A stretch of 64,000 nt of DNA. Source: Eledone cirrhosa. Its lineage: Eukaryota. Shown here piece by piece: positions 61,341 through 64,000 of the stretch (the stretch's first letter is position 1; every line of letters begins with the position of its first letter). Location: contig OZ024742.1 in assembly GCA_964016885.1 (NCBI GenBank), positions 195,734,001 through 195,798,000 on the forward strand. The letters are read 5' to 3'. A model generated the notes under the pieces. It was not told the DNA's origin and did no database searches. It was given only the letters and a program-made list of their open reading frames with translations. The translations under genes and the position numbers were made by a program.

Positions 61341-61401
61341 CTCCAAGATAATTTGCGATAGCCTTACTGATTTGTTGAGAACCTCCGATAAATTTCCTTT
61401 C
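61341..61401 (-). CDS. MAO: Monoamine oxidase coding exon (ERKFIGGSQQISKAIANYLG); most 5' exon seen in window
   Basis: 61 nt, cag acceptor and gtaag donor; resembles MAO-A/B ERKFVGGSGQVS; phase fits next exon (G|AT=Asp). Confidence 0.93.
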
Positions 61402-61622
61402 CTGGAAATAAGAAAAGTTAAGAATAAAGAAATGAACGAAGAGAATAACAAAAATGTATTTACATATGTTCAAATGCTCACAGAGGAGTTTGTGATATAA
61501 AAACAGTAGTTACACATGCATTAAATTCATCTTATATTGTCAAATATACAGTGAGGTGTGAACCAATACATACACACGCACGCACACACACACTTACACA
61601 CACACACACACACTCACACACA

Positions 61623-61702
<80 letters not shown>

Positions 61703-61707
<5 letters not shown>

Positions 61708-64000
61708 ATACTTTGGGAGGGTCATGTTGCCAATAAGAAACACACGCACCAGTTGCTTTCACTTCAATTTATTATAATAAATTTATAAATTTCCGGTTGG
61801 TTGGTTCCACAACCAGATGATTGTTTATAAATTGTCAAAGTTCTTTCGTCACACATTCTGTGACCTCTTCAGTGACTGGGGATTTTTTTCTTTGTTTTTG
61901 TGCCTCTCCTTTGTTCTGTCCTACGCCATCTTGTTTTTGTGTGTGTGTTGCGTGCTTAGTTTGCGCATGTGTTACATCCGGGTGTCTGTGTGTGTTTATA
62001 TTCGTTTATTTATTTGTTTATTTACATGTTACTGGTTGGTTGTTTGTTCTATGTGCGTGTGTGTTTTCATTTTGTCCTTAATTGTAAGTTGTGATGTTGC
62101 TGTTCCATTCATGTTTTCTATTTAATTTTGGTTGAAGTTCATTTGTTTATTGCCTCTGTGATTTGTCTAAACATTGCGTCTTTTCTGTGTGTAGATTCTA
62201 TTTTTATTTCTATGTTTTCTAATTTGCCCTATGTTCTATTTTAGCATGTTGGTAGAGTACAGATGAGTCTTTTCTATCTTGAAGGTCTCGCCAGTGTTCA
62301 TTTATCCGTTCCCCTATACTACGAGCTGTCTCACCTATGTACACTATATTTTTATCTCTACATTGTCCTTCAGTACATCTTATGCTATATACTACATTTC
62401 TAGTTTTACAGTTAATATGGGGGCTTAATTTACAGATTATACATTTCTTATCTATACAGGGAGGTCTTTGAAAAGGGTATGTATTGCTAATAGTGTTTTT
62501 ATGGAGGTACCTGGTCTTTCTACTATCTTAATATTGCGTTTACGTTTATCTAGGGCCCTTCTAAATTTGTAAGCTAATTCATCTCTAGGGGTTGTATCGA
62601 TGAACATTACACTCTGGTATTTATTGCTATCATACCATGAGTTTATTCTATTAGCCTTATTCCTAGTTCTTTCTACTCTATTCCAAAATTTGCTTCTATA
62701 CAAGGGCCAGGTCCCATTTGTGTCATTATTTCCCATTTTTTCCCATTTGGTTCTGGCTCCTCTATACACTCTGATTTTATCTCTCTGATTGTAACCAGAG
62801 AACTGCATACGGTGGATGAAGTGTTGTATGTGTCTCTCTAGTTCTTTGGGGTTGCACATGCGGTACACGTTTCTCATCACCCGTACCAAATCCCCAATCA
62901 GTATGTTGATTTTGGTATGGTCCGAAACAGCTGAGTTTCGGTGGATCAGATATTTGGAAGTCTTGGGTTTGGCATAATAGGAATGGAGGATTTGTTTTTT
63001 GTTATTAATGGTATCTAACCAGAGCTCTGTGTCTAGCACAGGTAATCGATGGTTGGGCTGTTTACTTGGGTAGTCTATAGTAACTCTAATACTCTGGTGG
63101 ATGGAGTTAGCTATTTGCTGGATGCTTTCCATTGTGTTTTTCTCTAATTCCTGACTGTTCTCTAGTGGGGGTGTTTTAACTACGATGTTTATATCATCAA
63201 CGTAGCGGGAGTACATTATCAGGGTTAAGGTGTCTTCTAATTGTTCTTTAAGTTTAAGTTTAAGTCTACTGTCCCACCATACCATGAATAAGTTAGCTAT
63301 GTCGCCTGCAATGCTAACACCAATGGCTGCTCCTTCCTCTTGGGCATATGTTTTTCCATTAAAAAAATAGCTTACAAATTTAGAAGGGCCCTAGATAAAC
63401 ATAAACTCAATATTAAGATAGTAGAAAGACCAGGTACCTCCGTAAAAAGACTTATTAGCAAGACATACCCTTTTCAAAGACCCTCATGTATAGATAAGAA
63501 ATGTATAACCTGTAAATTAAGCCCCCATATTAACTGTAAAACTAGAAATGTAGTATATAGCATAAGATGTACTGAAGGACAATGTAGAGACAAAAATATA
63601 GTGTACATAGGTGAGACAGCTCGTAGTGTAGGGGAACGGATAAATGAACACTGGCGAGACCTTCAAGATAGTAAAGAACCATCTGTACTCTACCAACATG
63701 CTAAGATAGAACACAAGGATAAATTAGAGAACATAGAAATAAAAATAGAATCTACACACAGAAAAGACGCAATGTTTAGACAAATCACAGAGGCAATAAA
63801 CATAAAAGAATTACAACCTAAATTAAATAGAAAATATGAGTGGAACAGCAACATCACAACTTACAATTAAGGACAAAATGAAAACACACACGCACATAGA
63901 ACAAACAACCAACCTGTAACATGTAAATAAACAAATAAATAAACGAATATAAACACACACAGACACACGGGTGTGGCGCATGCGCAGACTGAGCACACAA
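61703..64000. mobile_element. PLE of a second clade (YVDD RT): minus arm 63365-61703 and inverted plus arm from ~63368 running off the window
   Basis: QEEGAAIG, YSRYVDD, VLDTEL; GIY-YIG VVYSI..YIGET on both arms; HHR at 61834-61876(-); left end in a TA run. Confidence 0.92.

Overview
AT-rich, microsatellite-dense animal genomic DNA. The SINEs and repeat landscape suggest an octopod cephalopod (inference). The only host gene is the 3' half of a monoamine oxidase (MAO) on the minus strand: 9 coding exons from 61401 down to the stop at 29075, all with GT-AG junctions and consistent phases, including the FAD-attachment motif SGGCY and the C-terminal membrane anchor. The rest is mostly mobile DNA: five Penelope-like element (PLE) copies with RT and/or GIY-YIG coding sequence, a Gypsy LTR element, a Tx1/L1-like LINE, CR1/L2-like and RTE remnants, two mariners, a non-autonomous Helitron, tRNA-SINEs and a 107 x 40 bp satellite. 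The strongest hidden signal is about 24 type I hammerhead ribozyme (HHR) motifs from about 11 unrelated sequence families, folded by eye. Most lie in cassettes inserted into (TA)n runs as head-to-head inverted pairs. Several cassettes are non-coding and terminally redundant (units of about 555, 635, 657 and 1340 bp), which looks like a retrozyme/circular-RNA system mobilised by PLEs. HHRs in PLE pLTRs, inverted pLTRs and retrozymes are established concepts. Whether these particular families are undescribed cannot be checked without database searches.
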